Shown: positions 40,649-49,894, numbered from the stretch's first letter. The stretch: DNA of 64,000 nucleotides from Bacilli bacterium (GCA_017435465.1 JAFSEX010000038.1:720-64719); one strand, 5' to 3'. Numbers and translations: made by a program. The notes: generated by a model from the letters alone, not told the origin.

Positions 40649-41158
40649 ATGATATTAAATTTAAAATTAGTAAGAATTGATTGTAATTATTGTGATTATC
40701 TAAGGGAATTTGATAATAGAGTTCCATATAATAAAAATGAAAAAGAATTAAGACCTTTTATAGGAATATTATTTACAATAAAAGGTTGTGAATATTTTGC
40801 TCCATTATCAAGTCCAAAACCAAAACATTTAAAAATGAAAAATACAATAGATTTTTTTAAAATTGATAATGGAATTTTAGGTGCAGTAAATTTTAATAAT
40901 ATGATTCCTGTTAAAGAAAATAATTATAAAATAATCAATCTTAATGAGAAAAATTTAACATTATCTGAAAATAAATATCAAGAATTGCTAAAAGATCAAT
41001 TAAATTGGTTAAATGAAAATTATATTCAAGTAAAAAATAAATCTTCTAAATTGTACAATTTATATATTGACAATAAATTAAGTGACAATATTAAATCAAG
41101 ATGTTGTAACTTTAAATTATTAGAAGAAAAATGTAATGATTACAATAATACTAATTGA
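40649..41158 (+). CDS. toxN: Type III TA toxin, ToxN/AbiQ family endoribonuclease
   Basis: YCDYLREFDNRVP, RPFIGI, YFAPLSSPKPKH, NFNNMIPV, RCCNFKLLEEK; upstream repeat + terminator architecture. Confidence 0.93.
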   Translation: MILNLKLVRIDCNYCDYLREFDNRVPYNKNEKELRPFIGILFTIKGCEYFAPLSSPKPKHLKMKNTIDFFKIDNGILGAVNFNNMIPVKENNYKIINLNEKNLTLSENKYQELLKDQLNWLNENYIQVKNKSSKLYNLYIDNKLSDNIKSRCCNFKLLEEKCNDYNNTN

Positions 41159-41183
41159 CTTAAAAACTAAAAAACTATATAAT
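41155..41183 (+). promoter_or_regulatory. Promoter TTGACT-N17-TATAAT for the Ala T-box operon, overlapping the toxN stop
   Basis: -35 at 41155-41160 contains the TGA stop; -10 at 41178-41183. Confidence 0.75.
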
Positions 41184-41194
41184 TAATACGTAAT

Positions 41195-41398
41195 TAAAAA
41201 CGAAAAAAAGACGAGTAATAATTTTTGAATTTTGAAAGAGAGTTAGTGGTTGGTGAAAACTAATAAATTTAAAATTATGAAGCTACTTTTTAGTGTAGTT
41301 AATAACTACCGGGTAAAACCGTTATCTAAATTAAGTTAATGTAAGGATGGTACCGTGAAGAATTCACTCCTTTTATAGGAGTTGAATTCTTTTAATTT
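41195..41398 (+). ncRNA. T-box riboswitch (Ala specifier GCU)
   Basis: AGAGAG and GGTGAAA motifs, specifier gaaGCTActttt, T-box AAGGATGGTACCGTG, terminator aagaattcactcc...ggagttgaattctttt. Confidence 0.9.
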
Positions 41399-41415
41399 AT
41401 AGAAAGGAAGATATT

Positions 41416-41958
41416 ATGGAATTTAAAAATAAAAATCCTAAAATATATTTGATTTCTGGAAAAGCAAGAAGTGGAAAAAATTTAGTTTCAAATATTATAT
41501 TTAATGAATATCAAAACAAAAAATGTAAAAAACTATCATTTGCTTACTATCTAAAACAATATGTCAAAGATATTAGCAGTTGGGATGGTAGTGATGATAC
41601 AAAACCTCGTGATTTGTTACAAAAAGTAGGAATTGACTTATTAAAAAATAAAATTAATAATAATTTTCTTATCAATAGAATTTGTGAAGATATTGAAGTA
41701 TATTCTTATTTTTACGATATAATAATTATTACTGATGTTAGATTACTAGATGAAATAGAAACTATTAAAAATAAATATAAAAATGTTATATCTATAAGGG
41801 TTAATCGTAATAATGATAATAATCTTACTTTTGAACAACAAAATCATATTACAGAAACAGATTTAGATAATTATGATAAATTTGATTATATTATTGAAAA
41901 TACAGAAGATTATAATAAATTAATTATTGATACTAAAAAAATATTAGAGGAGGAATAG
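41416..41958 (+). CDS. P-loop kinase, deoxynucleoside-monophosphate/phosphomevalonate kinase-like
   Basis: GKARSGK, SFAYYLK, RDLLQKVG, ITDVR, HITETDLD. Confidence 0.7.
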   Translation: MEFKNKNPKIYLISGKARSGKNLVSNIIFNEYQNKKCKKLSFAYYLKQYVKDISSWDGSDDTKPRDLLQKVGIDLLKNKINNNFLINRICEDIEVYSYFYDIIIITDVRLLDEIETIKNKYKNVISIRVNRNNDNNLTFEQQNHITETDLDNYDKFDYIIENTEDYNKLIIDTKKILEEE

Positions 41959-41959
41959 T

Positions 41960-42517
41960 ATGAAAAATAATATTATAGCAATTGTTGGAATGTGTGGTGC
42001 AGGTAAATCAGTAGCGTCAGATATTTTAGAAGAAAAAGGATATAAAAAAGTATATTTTGGTGGAGTAACAATGGAAAAACTAAAAGAAGAACAATTAGAA
42101 GTTACTCCTGAAAATGAAAAAATGATGCGTGAAAGACTTAGAAAAGAACATGGTATGGGCGCATTTGCCAAAATTTTATTACCTAGAATTAAGGAATATG
42201 CGGCTGAAGGAAATACAGTTTTAGATGGATTATATTCTTGGGATGAACTAAAAATCTTAAAAGAAGAATTTGGTGATGATTTAACTGTTATCGCAATTAT
42301 TGCAGATAAAAAAATTAGATATGATAGAATTTCAAAAAGAGTTATTAGACCATTTACTAAAGAAGAAGTAATAAGAAGAGATATTACAGAAATAGAAAAT
42401 ATCGCTAAAGCAGGTCCTATTGCTTATGCAGATTATTATATAGATAATAATCATGATTTAGATACATACAAAAAAAGATTAGAAGAAATATTAAAGGATG
42501 TGAATAATAATGAGTAA
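41960..42517 (+). CDS. P-loop nucleotide kinase (dephospho-CoA kinase-like/UPF0200-like)
   Basis: GMCGAGKS, LRKEHGMGA, LDGLYSWDE, RDITE, ADYYIDN. Confidence 0.72.
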   Translation: MKNNIIAIVGMCGAGKSVASDILEEKGYKKVYFGGVTMEKLKEEQLEVTPENEKMMRERLRKEHGMGAFAKILLPRIKEYAAEGNTVLDGLYSWDELKILKEEFGDDLTVIAIIADKKIRYDRISKRVIRPFTKEEVIRRDITEIENIAKAGPIAYADYYIDNNHDLDTYKKRLEEILKDVNNNE

Positions 42518-44285
42518 AAATTTAAAAGATTTATATATTAATTTCTTTTTATCAAAAGAACATAAAAAATTAGAATCAGCTTCAGTAATTCCTGAAAATG
42601 ATCCAACATGTTTATTTAATACTGCTGGGATGCAACCATTAATTCCATATTTAATGGGAGAAGTTCATCCACTTGGAACACGTTTAACTAACTATCAAAA
42701 ATGTTTTAGATTAACTGACTTAGATTCAGTAGGAGATAAAACTCATCATACATTCTTTGAAATGTTAGGAAACTGGTCTTTAGGTGATTATTTTAAAAAA
42801 GAATCAATTACATGGAGTTTTGAATTCTTAACTAAAGTATTAAATATCCCGGTTGAAAAACTTGCAGTAACTGTATTTAAAGGAAATGATGTAGTTCCTG
42901 CAGATAATGAGAGTGCTGAAATTTGGATGAGTTTAGGAATTCCAAAAGAAAGAATTAGCTTCTTAGGTGAAGAAGATAACTGGTGGGGTGCAGGTGAAAC
43001 TGGTCCATGTGGTTCAGATACTGAAATCTTCTACTTTAGAAGTGATGAAGAAGCTCCATTGAAACATGATCCAGAAGATGAACGCTGGGTAGAAATTTGG
43101 AATAACGTATTTATGCAATATGATAGACAAGCTGATGGCTCTATTATTTCATTATCTAAAAAGAATGTTGATACTGGTATGGGAGTAGAGCGAGTAACTG
43201 CAATATTAGAAAATGTTGATGATAATTATAAAACATCAATATGGAAAGATATAATTGAAAAAATAGAAGAAATTTCTAATAAAAGTTATGAAAATGAAGA
43301 TGATGCTAAATGCATGAGAATTATTGCTGATCATATTCGTGCAATTGTAATAATTAGTGCGGATGATGCAAATATAGTTCCATCAAATACTGATCAAGGC
43401 TATATTTTAAGAAGATTAATTAGAAGAATGATTAGATATGCTAAAAAATTAGAAATAGATGTTAATAGCGATTTTGATTTAGAAATTGCTAAAATGATTA
43501 TTTCTAAATACGAAAAATATTATCCAGAAGTAGAACGTAATAAGACTAGAATTTTAGAAGTATTAGAAACAGAAAAAAACAAATTTTCTAAAACACTAGA
43601 AAAAGGATTAAAAGAATTTGTAAAAATTACTGAAATATTAAAAAAACAAAATATAAATTCAATTAATGGAAAAACTGCATTTAGATTATATGATACATTT
43701 GGGTTTCCAATTGAACTAACTGTTGAGTTAGCTTCAGAACAAAATATGAATGTAGATGTTAATGGATTTAATACTTGTTATAAGGAACATCAAGATAAAT
43801 CAAGAGCCGGATCTTCTCAAAAATTCAAAGGTGGAATGGCTGATCATTCTGAAATGAATGTAAAATACCATACAACTACACATTTACTTCATCAAGCATT
43901 AAAAGATGTATTAGGACCAGATGTAAATCAAAAAGGTTCAAACATTACACCAGAAAGATTAAGATTTGATTTTTCATATCCTACAAAAATGACTGATGAA
44001 CAAAAGAAAAAAGTTGAAGATATTGTTAATCAAAAAATCTCAGAAGAATTAGATGTAATATGCGAAGAAATGAGTGTAGAACAAGCTAAAGAGCAAGGTG
44101 CAGTTGGATTATTTACTAATAAATATGGTGATATTGTAAAAGTTTATTCAATTGGAAACTATTCAAAAGAAATATGTGGTGGACCACATGTTAACAATAC
44201 AAAAGAACTTGGAACATTTAAAATTAAAAAAGAAGAAGCTGTTGGAGCAGGTGTAAGAAGAATTAAAGCAACCATTGAAATTTGA
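42510..44285 (+). CDS. alaS: Alanine--tRNA ligase, short 591-aa form without C-Ala domain
   Basis: FNTAGMQP, HHTFFEMLGNWS, DTGMGVER, LYDTFGFP, HTTTHLLH, EICGGPHV, GVRRIKA at the C-terminus. Confidence 0.96.
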   Translation: MSKNLKDLYINFFLSKEHKKLESASVIPENDPTCLFNTAGMQPLIPYLMGEVHPLGTRLTNYQKCFRLTDLDSVGDKTHHTFFEMLGNWSLGDYFKKESITWSFEFLTKVLNIPVEKLAVTVFKGNDVVPADNESAEIWMSLGIPKERISFLGEEDNWWGAGETGPCGSDTEIFYFRSDEEAPLKHDPEDERWVEIWNNVFMQYDRQADGSIISLSKKNVDTGMGVERVTAILENVDDNYKTSIWKDIIEKIEEISNKSYENEDDAKCMRIIADHIRAIVIISADDANIVPSNTDQGYILRRLIRRMIRYAKKLEIDVNSDFDLEIAKMIISKYEKYYPEVERNKTRILEVLETEKNKFSKTLEKGLKEFVKITEILKKQNINSINGKTAFRLYDTFGFPIELTVELASEQNMNVDVNGFNTCYKEHQDKSRAGSSQKFKGGMADHSEMNVKYHTTTHLLHQALKDVLGPDVNQKGSNITPERLRFDFSYPTKMTDEQKKKVEDIVNQKISEELDVICEEMSVEQAKEQGAVGLFTNKYGDIVKVYSIGNYSKEICGGPHVNNTKELGTFKIKKEEAVGAGVRRIKATIEI

Positions 44286-44310
44286 CATTTTATTAAAAAT
44301 GATGTATAAT
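44282..44310 (+). promoter_or_regulatory. Perfect consensus promoter TTGACA-N17-TATAAT overlapping the alaS stop
   Basis: ttgaca 44282-87, tataat 44305-10. Confidence 0.8.
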
Positions 44311-44340
44311 ATCGTTCAAATTTAAAGGGGGAAATAGGGT

Positions 44341-45291
44341 ATGATAAATTTAAAAGAAAAAAGTATTGAAGAATTAACGAATTTAGAAGTTAAATGTAAG
44401 GAAGCACAAAAATCAATATTTACTGATATTGCCAATTGCAAGAAAGATAGTCCTGAATATAATTTGTTAAAAACAGATTTTGAAAAATATGCAAAATTAG
44501 TGGTAGAAATTGAAAATGAAAAAAAACTAAGAAAAGAAAATGAAGAAAAAAAAGAAACTTTAAAAAAAGAAAACACTAAAACTAAAAAAGAAAATGATGA
44601 AAAAGAAAAAAATGAGTCTAATGATTCTAAATCTGAAATTGAAAATGAAAAAGATTATAAAGAATATAAAGAGACATATACTAAATTAATAGAGGAATTA
44701 AAAAAAACTAAAAAAATTGGAATTCCAAAAACAGTTTTAATTTTAGCTGCCGAAACTTTTGTTTCGGGGTTGTTTTGGACACATGCCCCAATTATATTTT
44801 CAATTCTTGTTACTGTGGGATCAATTGCTCATATAGCAAGTAGAATTAAAAAAAGAATTGATTATGAAATAATAAGATCGGATGCAAGATATTTAAAAAA
44901 AGAAATTGACAAATATGAAAACAAAGAGAAAAAGAAAGTAAGCACGCTTTCTAAACTAAAAGGATTATTTAATTTTAAAACAGAAAAGAAAAAAAGAAAT
45001 AGTATTAAATCAATAAAAAAAGAAATAAAAGCTAATAAAAATAAAAAAGATAACATAAATGAAGCAAAAACAATAAATGAAACTGAAATCAAAAATCCAA
45101 AAACAACATCAGAAAAAATAGAAGAATTAAAAAATCTAAAACAAGAAGTAAATGAAATTTATGGATTAAAAAAAGATCAAATTATTCAAGATAGAGTAAA
45201 CGTAAGAGAAATTTGTAATTTCTATCATACAAATAATACTAATCCATCATATGCAAAAACTTCTAAAGAAAAAGTTATGGTTAAAAAGTAA
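44341..45291 (+). CDS. Orphan coiled-coil protein with a central two-TM hairpin
   Basis: K/E-rich helices flanking two hydrophobic segments; own promoter and RBS. Confidence 0.7.
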   Translation: MINLKEKSIEELTNLEVKCKEAQKSIFTDIANCKKDSPEYNLLKTDFEKYAKLVVEIENEKKLRKENEEKKETLKKENTKTKKENDEKEKNESNDSKSEIENEKDYKEYKETYTKLIEELKKTKKIGIPKTVLILAAETFVSGLFWTHAPIIFSILVTVGSIAHIASRIKKRIDYEIIRSDARYLKKEIDKYENKEKKKVSTLSKLKGLFNFKTEKKKRNSIKSIKKEIKANKNKKDNINEAKTINETEIKNPKTTSEKIEELKNLKQEVNEIYGLKKDQIIQDRVNVREICNFYHTNNTNPSYAKTSKEKVMVKK

Positions 45292-45311
45292 ATTAGACTA
45301 AATAAAGATTT

Positions 45312-45351
45312 AAAAACATTTGTAAATTAATTAATTTTACAAATGTTTTTT
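45312..45351 (+). terminator. Intrinsic terminator
   Basis: aaaaacatttgtaaa...tttacaaatgttttt. Confidence 0.65.
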
Positions 45352-45420
45352 AGTTATTTAATAATATATTATTGACACATATGATATAATTAATATATAA
45401 CTTAGGACGGTGATTAATAT

Positions 45421-48400
45421 ATGAAAAAAATATATAAAACTATAGATGGTAATGAAGCTTGTGCTCTAAATTCATATTTATTTACTGAACTTGCTTCAAT
45501 ATATCCAATAACTCCATCATCAACTATGGCAGAATGTGTAGATAGATGGAGTAGTGAAGGAAAGAAAAATATTTTTGGAGATACAGTAAAGGTTGTTGAG
45601 ATGCAATCAGAAGCAGGTGCAGCTGGAATGATGCACGGTTCATTGTCTTCAGGTGTACTATCTACAACTTATACAGCAAGTCAAGGACTTTTATTAATGA
45701 TTCCAAATATGTATAAAATGGCTGGAGAATTATTACCAGGAGTAATTCATGTTGCGGCAAGATCAATTGCGACTCATGCATTATCTATTTTAGGTGATCA
45801 TCAAGATGTATATGCAACGCGTATGACTGGTTTTGCACTTCTTTCTTCATCGAATGTACAAGAAGCACATGATCTATCATTAATTGCTCATCTAGCATCA
45901 TTAGAATCAGAAGTACCATTCTTACATTTCTTTGATGGATTTAGAACAAGTCATGAACTTCAAAAAATTGAAATCATAGGGGACGCGGATGCTAAAAAAT
46001 TAGTTAATTATGAAGCAATTGAAAAGTTTAGAAACAAAGCATTAAATCCTAACAAACCAATAATTAAAGGTACAGCTCAAAATGATGATATATATTTTCA
46101 AGCAACAGAAGTAAGAAATAAATATTACTATAATGTTTCAAATATAGTTGAAAATTACATGGAAAGATTATCAACTATTACAGGTAGAAGATATATGCCA
46201 TTTGATTACTATGGAGATAAAAATGCAACTAAAATAATTGTTGCAATGGGAAGTGTTTGTGAAACAATTAAAGAAACTATTGATTATCTAAATAAAAATG
46301 GTGAAAAATTAGGATTAATAATTGTTCGTTTATATAGACCTTTCTCTAGTAATCATTTACTTAAAGTTTTACCAAATAGTGTTAAAAAAATAGCAGTATT
46401 AGATAGAACCAAAGAAGCGGGAAGTATTGGCGAACCATTGTATCTTGACGTTGTTAGTGCACTAAAAGATAAAAATATAGAAATACTAGGTGGAAGATAT
46501 GGATTATCTAGTAAAAATACATCTCCAAAAGAAATAAAAGCAGTATTTGATTTTCTAGATTCAAAAGATAGATTTAATGGATTTACAGTTGGAATAAATG
46601 ATGATGTATCAAATCTAAGTATAAATGTTGATGATACTTTTAAAATAGATACAAATGATATAAGTTTTCTAATTTACGGATATGGTTCAGATGGTATGAT
46701 AAGTGCCTCAAAAGATATTTTAAAAATTGTTGGAAATAATACTAAAAATTATATACAAGGATATTTTCAATATGATTCTAAAAAATCTGGAGGATTTACA
46801 AAAAGCCATTTAAGATTTTCAAATGATAAAATTAGAAGTACATATTATGTAGATAATCCTGATTTAGTAGTATGTTCTAAAGAAAGTTATATTCATAAGT
46901 TTGATATGTTAAATAATATTAAAGATGGGGGAATATTCTTACTTAATACTGCTTCTTTAGAATCTGAAATAAACGATATTTTACCTGATAATGTTAAAAA
47001 AATAATTAAAGATAAAAATCTTAGATTTTATATTATAAATGCTCATGAACTTGCAAGAAGAAATAATTTAAATAATAAAATCAGTACAGTTATGGAAAGT
47101 GCAATTTTTAAAATTACTAATATGTTAGATTATAATTTTGTAAAAGATGAAATGAAAAAATCTATAACTGAAAAGTATTCTAAAAAAAGTATGGAAATTG
47201 TAGAAAATAATAATAACTTAATTGATATAACTGAAGACAATATTATTTTAATTGATAATAATACATTGGATTACAAATATATGGAAGTAAAAGAAAATTT
47301 AGATCCATTTACAATTATGAATAATCAGTTAGGAGATAAATTATCAACATCAACTTTTGAAAATAGAGCTGATGGATCATTTGAAGTTGGAACTTCAAAA
47401 AAAGAAAAAAGAGGTGCATCAGATACTGTACCTTGTTGGATAAAAGAAAATTGTATTGAATGTAATCAATGTAGTTTAGTATGTCCACATGCAGTTATTA
47501 GACCATATATTTTAGATGACGAAGAGTTCGATAAATTACCAATCGATATGAAAGAAAATAGTTTAGATATGATTGGTAAAGATATGAGTGATTATAAATT
47601 TAAACTTGGAATATCTGTTTTAGATTGTACTGGGTGCGGGTTGTGTGAAAGTGTATGTCCAGGTAAAAAAGGTGAAAAAGCAATAAAAATGGTTTCATTA
47701 CAAGAAGAACTAAACAAAAAAACAGATAAAGAAAGTGAATATTTAGTTAATAACATTAAAGAAAAAGATCTATTAAATCCATATACAATTAGAGGAAGTC
47801 AATTCAAGAAACCAAAATTTGAATTTTCTGGAGCATGCGCAGGATGCGGGGAAACTGCATACATTAAATTACTAACTCAATTATTTGGAGATAGATTGAT
47901 TATTGCAAACGCAACAGGTTGTTCATCAATATATGGAGCAAGTGCACCATCAACTCCATATAGTATTCCTTGGGCAAATTCCTTATTTGAAGATAATGCT
48001 GAATTCGGTTATGGAATTTTAATGGGTAATAATATAATTAGAAATCGTATTAAAAATATTATGGAAAATAATTTAAATAATATTGACGATTATAATAATT
48101 CATTATTTGTAAAATGGTTAGAAAATATGAATTCATATAATATTACAAAAAATGTATATGAAAAATTAGATTATAATAAATTACCTAAAGAATTAGTTGA
48201 TTTAAAAGAATATATTCCATATAGAAGTGTATGGTGTCTTGGTGGAGATGGTTGGGCTTACGATATTGGCTTTAGTGGTATAGACCATGTTTTATCTACA
48301 AATGATAAAGCTAAAATCTTAATACTTGATACTGAAGTATACTCTAATACAGGAGGGCAAGCATCGAAATCTAGTAGAGTAGGTGCAGTTGCAAAATTTG

Positions 48401-48858
48401 CAACTTCTGGTAAAAAAACTATGAAAAAAGATATGGTAAAAATTGCACTATCTTATCCTCATGTTTATGTCGGAACAATAAGTTTAGGTGCAAATATGGC
48501 ACAAGCAATAAAAGTTATGAAAGAAGCAGAAGAATATGATGGACCAGCAATCATCATCGCATACGCACCATGTATTTCACACGGTATTAAAGGTGGAATG
48601 AATAATAGCTTACTTGAAAGTGAATTAGCTGTAGAATGTGGATATTTCCCATTAATAAGATATAATCCAATTGATAAAAAATTTATATTAGACTATAAAG
48701 AACCTAACTTTGAATTATTTGAAGAATTCTTAAATAACGAAACAAGATATTCAATGTTAAAAGCTGTAAATAAAAAAAGTGCAAATGAATTATTAAAACA
48801 AAATAAATTAGATGCAATTAATAGATTTAATTATTATAAAGAATTAAGCGAAAAATAA
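45421..48858 (+). CDS. nifJ: Pyruvate:ferredoxin (flavodoxin) oxidoreductase
   Basis: YPITPSS, EMQSEAGAAG, FFDGFRTSHE, two ferredoxin motifs, GACAGCGE, GGDGWAYDIG. Confidence 0.97.
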   Translation: MKKIYKTIDGNEACALNSYLFTELASIYPITPSSTMAECVDRWSSEGKKNIFGDTVKVVEMQSEAGAAGMMHGSLSSGVLSTTYTASQGLLLMIPNMYKMAGELLPGVIHVAARSIATHALSILGDHQDVYATRMTGFALLSSSNVQEAHDLSLIAHLASLESEVPFLHFFDGFRTSHELQKIEIIGDADAKKLVNYEAIEKFRNKALNPNKPIIKGTAQNDDIYFQATEVRNKYYYNVSNIVENYMERLSTITGRRYMPFDYYGDKNATKIIVAMGSVCETIKETIDYLNKNGEKLGLIIVRLYRPFSSNHLLKVLPNSVKKIAVLDRTKEAGSIGEPLYLDVVSALKDKNIEILGGRYGLSSKNTSPKEIKAVFDFLDSKDRFNGFTVGINDDVSNLSINVDDTFKIDTNDISFLIYGYGSDGMISASKDILKIVGNNTKNYIQGYFQYDSKKSGGFTKSHLRFSNDKIRSTYYVDNPDLVVCSKESYIHKFDMLNNIKDGGIFLLNTASLESEINDILPDNVKKIIKDKNLRFYIINAHELARRNNLNNKISTVMESAIFKITNMLDYNFVKDEMKKSITEKYSKKSMEIVENNNNLIDITEDNIILIDNNTLDYKYMEVKENLDPFTIMNNQLGDKLSTSTFENRADGSFEVGTSKKEKRGASDTVPCWIKENCIECNQCSLVCPHAVIRPYILDDEEFDKLPIDMKENSLDMIGKDMSDYKFKLGISVLDCTGCGLCESVCPGKKGEKAIKMVSLQEELNKKTDKESEYLVNNIKEKDLLNPYTIRGSQFKKPKFEFSGACAGCGETAYIKLLTQLFGDRLIIANATGCSSIYGASAPSTPYSIPWANSLFEDNAEFGYGILMGNNIIRNRIKNIMENNLNNIDDYNNSLFVKWLENMNSYNITKNVYEKLDYNKLPKELVDLKEYIPYRSVWCLGGDGWAYDIGFSGIDHVLSTNDKAKILILDTEVYSNTGGQASKSSRVGAVAKFATSGKKTMKKDMVKIALSYPHVYVGTISLGANMAQAIKVMKEAEEYDGPAIIIAYAPCISHGIKGGMNNSLLESELAVECGYFPLIRYNPIDKKFILDYKEPNFELFEEFLNNETRYSMLKAVNKKSANELLKQNKLDAINRFNYYKELSEK

Positions 48859-48867
48859 AGTGTTTTT

Positions 48868-48906
48868 AAAAACTCCTTTCAAATAATATATTGAAAGGAG
48901 TTTTTT
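48868..48906 (+). terminator. PFOR terminator whose 3' arm contains the rpn RBS
   Basis: 15-bp IR aaaaactcctttcaa / ttgaaaggagttttt; ATG at 48908. Confidence 0.8.
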
Positions 48907-48907
48907 A

Positions 48908-49894
48908 ATGAGTAAAATATTAGAAAAAAAATTAGAAAATGTAAAAATAGAATATTTTCTGTCAAATGATGTAGCATTCAAAACATTTTTTAGAAAAAAT
49001 ACTGGTATGTTAAAAAAAGTAATAAGTATGTCAACAAAAATAAAAGAAAGTGAAATTAAAAAAATGACAATATTAAATTCAGAACTAATAAAAGATACAC
49101 TAGATGATAAATTAGGAATACTAGATCTATTAGTGGAGATAAATGATGAAAAGCAAATAAATATTGAAATGCAAAATGTAGATAAAAATAATATGCCAGA
49201 AAGACTAGAATATTATTTATCAAAAAAATATGTAGAAAATATACAAAAAGGAGAAGATTATGCAAAACTAAAACATGTATATGGAATATATTTTTTAAAT
49301 TATGATGATAAAAATTATCCAAACTTCTATTCAATAATTGAAAATTATGATACAATAAACAAGGAGTTAATCAAAACAGTAAAGACACCAATTATTTACA
49401 ATTTATCTAAAATAAATGAAATTGATAATTATCATTTTACAGAAGAAGAAAAAGACATACTAAGATTTATAAAAACTAAAAAAGAAAGTGAGTTGAAAAG
49501 TATGGCAAAAAAAAGAATAAGTTTAGATGAGGCCATGAGACAACTACAAGAAATAAATGCAGATGATGAATTGAAAACTTTATTGTTTTATGCAGAGAAG
49601 AAAAGATTAGATGAATTAAGTGACCAAAAATATAAGGAAAGAATAATAAAAGAACAAAAAGCAGCAATAAAGGAAAGAAATAAGGCATTCCAAAAAAGGG
49701 ATGAGGCATTTCAAAAAAGAGATGAGGCATTTCAAAAAAGGGATGAGGCAATAAAACTAGTACAAAATATGAAAGAAGCGCAATTGAAAAATGTTATAAA
49801 TATGTTAAATGATAATTTAGATATAAATATAATATCTAAATATACTAATTTAACTGTTGATGAAATATTGAAAATAAAAAAATCAAACACATAA
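48908..49894 (+). CDS. Rpn family recombination-promoting nuclease / PD-(D/E)XK putative transposase
   Basis: NDVAFK, LDLLV..INIEMQ, RLEYY, C-terminal 'NMLNDNLDINIISKYTNLTVDEI' helix-turn-helix tail. Confidence 0.88.
   Translation: MSKILEKKLENVKIEYFLSNDVAFKTFFRKNTGMLKKVISMSTKIKESEIKKMTILNSELIKDTLDDKLGILDLLVEINDEKQINIEMQNVDKNNMPERLEYYLSKKYVENIQKGEDYAKLKHVYGIYFLNYDDKNYPNFYSIIENYDTINKELIKTVKTPIIYNLSKINEIDNYHFTEEEKDILRFIKTKKESELKSMAKKRISLDEAMRQLQEINADDELKTLLFYAEKKRLDELSDQKYKERIIKEQKAAIKERNKAFQKRDEAFQKRDEAFQKRDEAIKLVQNMKEAQLKNVINMLNDNLDINIISKYTNLTVDEILKIKKSNT
49683..49750 (+). repeat. Three-plus tandem 21-bp units (aggcatt[c/t]caaaaaag[g/a]gatg) encoding (AFQKRDE)n
   Basis: Units start at 49683, 49704 and 49725, with a partial unit at 49746. 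Confidence 0.9.

Noticed and set aside
48908-49894. Rpn gene as an IS element
   Set aside because: No terminal inverted repeats or target-site duplication seen; Rpn family members are not demonstrated transposases
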